The notes under the pieces are model-generated. The model saw only the letters and a list, made by a program, of their open reading frames with translations, searched no databases and was not told the origin of the DNA. Shown here piece by piece: positions 63,617-64,000 of a stretch of 64,000 nucleotides of DNA. Source of the DNA: Nostoc sp. DedSLP01 (GTDB lineage Bacteria; Cyanobacteriota; Cyanobacteriia; Cyanobacteriales; Nostocaceae); NCBI GenBank assembly GCA_034530875.2, contig JAVRCJ020000010.1, positions 64,001 to 128,000 on the forward strand. Reading direction: 5' to 3'. Position numbers and translations under genes: made by a program. Within the stretch, counting starts at the first letter, position 1. Each line of letters starts with the position of its first letter.

Positions 63617-64000
63617 ATGTCTATCGAAATCATAGAAGTTAATAACTCACGCAAAAAACGATTGTTTTTTGAATACAATTATCAACTTTATAAAAACGAT
63701 CCATATTGGGTTTCCTGGCCTGCTACCGATCTTGTCAAGATGTTCGAGCCAGAGCAATGCCCATTTTACCAGCATGGGATTGTAGAAGCATGGCTGGCTT
63801 ACCAAAACGGAAAAATAGTTGGTCGGATTGCAGGTTCCATCGATCGCACTTATAACCAAACCTACGATACACAAACCGCCTTTTTTGGATTTTATGAATG
63901 CATTGATGACCTAGATGTATCAAAGAAATTATTTGAACAGGTTGAGAATTGGGCCAAGTTTCATGGAATGACACAGCTATTAGGGCCTTTTTCTCTGTCT
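63617..64000 (+). CDS. YghO-like GNAT acyltransferase, truncated by the window edge
   Basis: Absent from the ORF track. Translates as MSIEIIEVNN…LYKNDPYWV…VGRIAG…AFFGFYECIDD…LFEQVENWAKFHGMTQLLGPFS with no stop before the edge. Confidence 0.8.
   Translation, partial: MSIEIIEVNNSRKKRLFFEYNYQLYKNDPYWVSWPATDLVKMFEPEQCPFYQHGIVEAWLAYQNGKIVGRIAGSIDRTYNQTYDTQTAFFGFYECIDDLDVSKKLFEQVENWAKFHGMTQLLGPFSLS

Noticed and set aside
63647..63974. Two minus-strand ORFs at the right edge
   Set aside because: They are antisense to the plus-strand GNAT starting at 63617.

Overview
The window comes from a heterocyst-forming cyanobacterium (Nostocales-like), judged from abundant HIP1 GCGATCGC octamers, STRR heptamer repeats and an rnpB gene with STRRs in P12. 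The left part holds rnpB, rnc and a Gfo/Idh/MocA oxidoreductase. An accessory block follows, with a large Ser/Thr kinase-AAA-GAF-PAS-His kinase, two small ORFs and a three-gene operon of two paralogous TRAFAC-type GTPases plus a membrane partner. Next come a sensor kinase, RibD-like, FemAB-like GNAT, fabG and an acyl-CoA dehydrogenase-family gene. The right ~40 kb (minus strand) is a halogenated-lipid/polyketide cluster, in order: FAAL, ACP, CylC-type dimetal halogenase, PKS (KS-AT-KR-ACP), PKS (KS-AT-DH-ER-KR-ACP), non-elongating KS0-ACP, TubC-docked class II aldolase-fold protein, HetN-like SDR lacking RGSGR, DPPR-synthase-like UbiA, HAD, methyltransferase, a secreted protein with two complete CylK/BrtB-like alkylating units joined by three cadherin repeats, type II thioesterase and a large RTX protein. 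The best candidate for an undescribed system is this cluster (tandem CylK plus aldolase-type chain off-loading); the double-GTPase operon is second. All family assignments come from motif recognition by eye, not database searches.
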